DNA of 54,025 nucleotides from a virus (Duplodnaviria; Caudoviricetes): IMG/VR virus record IMGVR_UViG_3300030049_000021, positions 1 to 54,025 of that record; one strand, 5' to 3'. Shown piece by piece: positions 51,916 to 54,025 of this stretch (position 1 is its first letter; each line of letters starts with the position of its first letter). The notes under the pieces were generated by a model. It saw only the letters and a program-made list of their open reading frames with translations, ran no database searches and was not told where the DNA came from. The position numbers and the translations under genes were made by a program.

Positions 51916-54025
51916 GTGACGACATCCCAGTAAACGGACTCATAGCTAGTTGGACGCCTCTTCACGTCCAACTTGGAATCACAAATTGTTGTGACTCGAT
52001 TCTCCAGAGTATTTGGACACCGGACTCGGTAGATATCAACTACTGGCAGATCGAGTGCGCATCGGTTCCTACAGGAGGCGGTACGTGGTCGGTGCAGATT
52101 ACCGAGGTCAACGCATACGGACCAACCGGAGGATATCTTAACCTACCCTTCGGCGGCCTCAGCTATTCCGGGTCTGGCACTTCTGTAACGTGCGATCTCT
52201 ATTTCAACAATTGGAAGGTTTACGGCACTAATAATGCTAAATGGTATGTCGTCTGGGACTCGCTCAGCGTCTACGTCAACGGGTCGCTTATGGCAACATT
52301 ATCGGGAAACAACGTCACATCTGACGCGCTAGGTCCTAGCTGGGTGCCTATATTTTCCGGCATCGTGCAGTTTACGGGTAATGGGCAAGTTAATTATTCC
52401 TCTTCGGTTTTCGGAGGCTGGCGTTATCAGGTAGCAGGTACGTGGTACTCAGCGCCAGTCGCAGGGCTTCCACCGATAGCGGATGCACCATTGAGCGGCC
52501 CAGGAGTGTACTACTCGATACCACCGGTTTATGGAACCTTTACGGCTCCATTTGGTCTGGCTGCTGCGGGTGTTGTCGTCACCAGTTCCACTTATGGAAC
52601 TCAGATGCAGGTTAGCAATATCGCGGGCACACCGATCAAAACGCAGTCGGGAACCTTCGTGATGATTCCAAACCTGCCAAAGTCGATTAACCGCCTCAAT
52701 TCGGATTATGGGGCCACATTCTGGCGATATGCGGTTCCGCAGGTGCAAGCGTCATCAACACGGACATTCAGCGAGATAAAAGTGCCTGTTTCTGCGGGAT
52801 GGCACGCTAGTTCAAGTGCTACAACCAACGTAGTCAGTCGTGCGGGTACGGGCAGCTACGAGGTCGGACCAACCGTTTCGCCTATCGAATCTCAGTTCTT
52901 GCTTCCCAGCTACTGTCTAGGCCAAGTCAGCAACTACGAGCAACTAATTATTACGGTGATCGATGGGGTTGTCGTAGCCAGCAACCAGGAGATATTAAAC
53001 ACTGACTACGCGGTGTCTATGGATTCCGTGACCGGCTCAGAGTCGTGGTCTAGCGGTGCTTATCCTGTTGCACCTTACATGAGCAACGCTGACATTAGGT
53101 GCAACTATTTCAACTCGTGCGTTTGTAACCCTCATTGGTCGATTGGGTATTACACCGGGCCTTGGAACCTTGAGGGCGCACCGACGACGTGGGAGACCTA
53201 TTGGGGGTTCATCCGCGAACAGTTCATGTCAGCGCAGGGAAGGCGCAATCATATCGTTTCGTGCCCACTAGAGACGAGCGGTTACACTCCATTTTTGGAC
53301 ACCTATTTCCAGAGTCCGACAGGCTACGGTATGCGGTGGATTGGCGTTTCAAGGTGGCAGACGGACACAGTTTCCCCTTTAAGCAGCTTAACCCCGGATT
53401 CGTCATCGTCGCCCAATTGGAGTGTGGTTAGCGGTTCGTGTTCGCTCGCTTTCGGTGGGACTGTCACAGTCACCCCGATATCATCGGTTTGCTCTTTCCG
53501 ATTGGCGCTGGAATCGTTCGATTACAGCCCGTTCATGTACGCTCAGATTTGCCAGTCTATTTTGCTGAACTGGCCCGCAACGAACATCACTACAGCTCAG
53601 GTTTATGTCGTTTCGTCTGACGGCACCACACAAACCCTTTTGGAAGTGAGCCCGTCGGACGGATTCACAACCCCAGCACATACCTACAATTTCCCTCAAG
53701 TTCTCGACGCGAAATATGCAGGATCGTGGGGCATTGACAACGGGTACGGCGTTGTATCCGACACCGGAACGGATTACGCCGCAGGTGGCATGTCTGCGTC
53801 GATCATGGGCAGTCCCACTCAGGCAGTTGGATTTGAAATGGAGTTGGGTCGGCAAGGTGCTTATCTGCTATTCGTCTTCACGCCAACTTCGACGGGAACG
53901 ACCTTCCAAATTGATTACCCTCAGTTCAACGCGGCCACATCGAAGTTGTTGCTCCAAGAGAATGGGCAGCTCGCAGATGTCCTATACGCGAACGGGCCAG
54001 CTATTCGGCTAGGTAACCACGTTTG
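51915..54025 (+). CDS. N-terminal/central part of a ~1090-aa tail protein continuing into 1-1292 (absent from the ORF track)
   Basis: Translated by hand: no stop from 51915 to the window end. S/T/G/Y/W-rich virion-like composition. No ATG, GTG or TTG in frame until GTG at 52092. Confidence 0.85.
53900..54025. repeat. Terminal direct repeat, copy 2
   Basis: Identical to 2-127. Confidence 0.97.

Noticed and set aside
51556-51930. T4 gene 60-style ribosomal bypass
   Set aside because: No matching CGC landing codon near the start of the downstream frame, and the gap is far longer than known hops

Overview
The window is almost certainly a complete, circularly permuted ~53.9-kb tailed dsDNA phage genome of siphovirus type: bases 2-127 repeat as 53900-54025, and one tail gene reads through the join. 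It has a leftward recombination arm (SMC/Rad50-like ATPase, Cas4/RecB-like exonuclease, phiC31 gp3-like protein) and a rightward DNA-metabolism arm (DUF2303 pair, PAPS-reductase-like protein, minimal PolX, primase-helicase, repeat-rich candidate origin). A small-gene early island is controlled by a ribbon-helix-helix protein. A lysis/RNA block holds a beta-barrel-like protein, a large pseudoknotted GOLLD/ROOL-like RNA, a DUF1906 endolysin and 7 tRNAs plus a tRNA-Cys remnant. A full head-tail operon follows. No integrase, CRISPR array or reverse transcriptase was seen. The host is probably a diderm bacterium (inference from the beta-barrel-like ORF). The most unusual observations: (1) a ~356-nt highly structured, group-I-intron-like insert whose removal would join a 79-aa ORF in frame to a start-less ~1090-codon tail ORF; (2) a twin-arginine-signal protein that is a paralogue of the major capsid protein's A-domain; (3) the large structured ncRNA; (4) signal peptides on tailspike-like proteins; (5) an Aca-like RHH/operator circuit over small acidic genes. 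All family assignments, alignments and RNA pairings were made by eye; no searches or folding programs were run.
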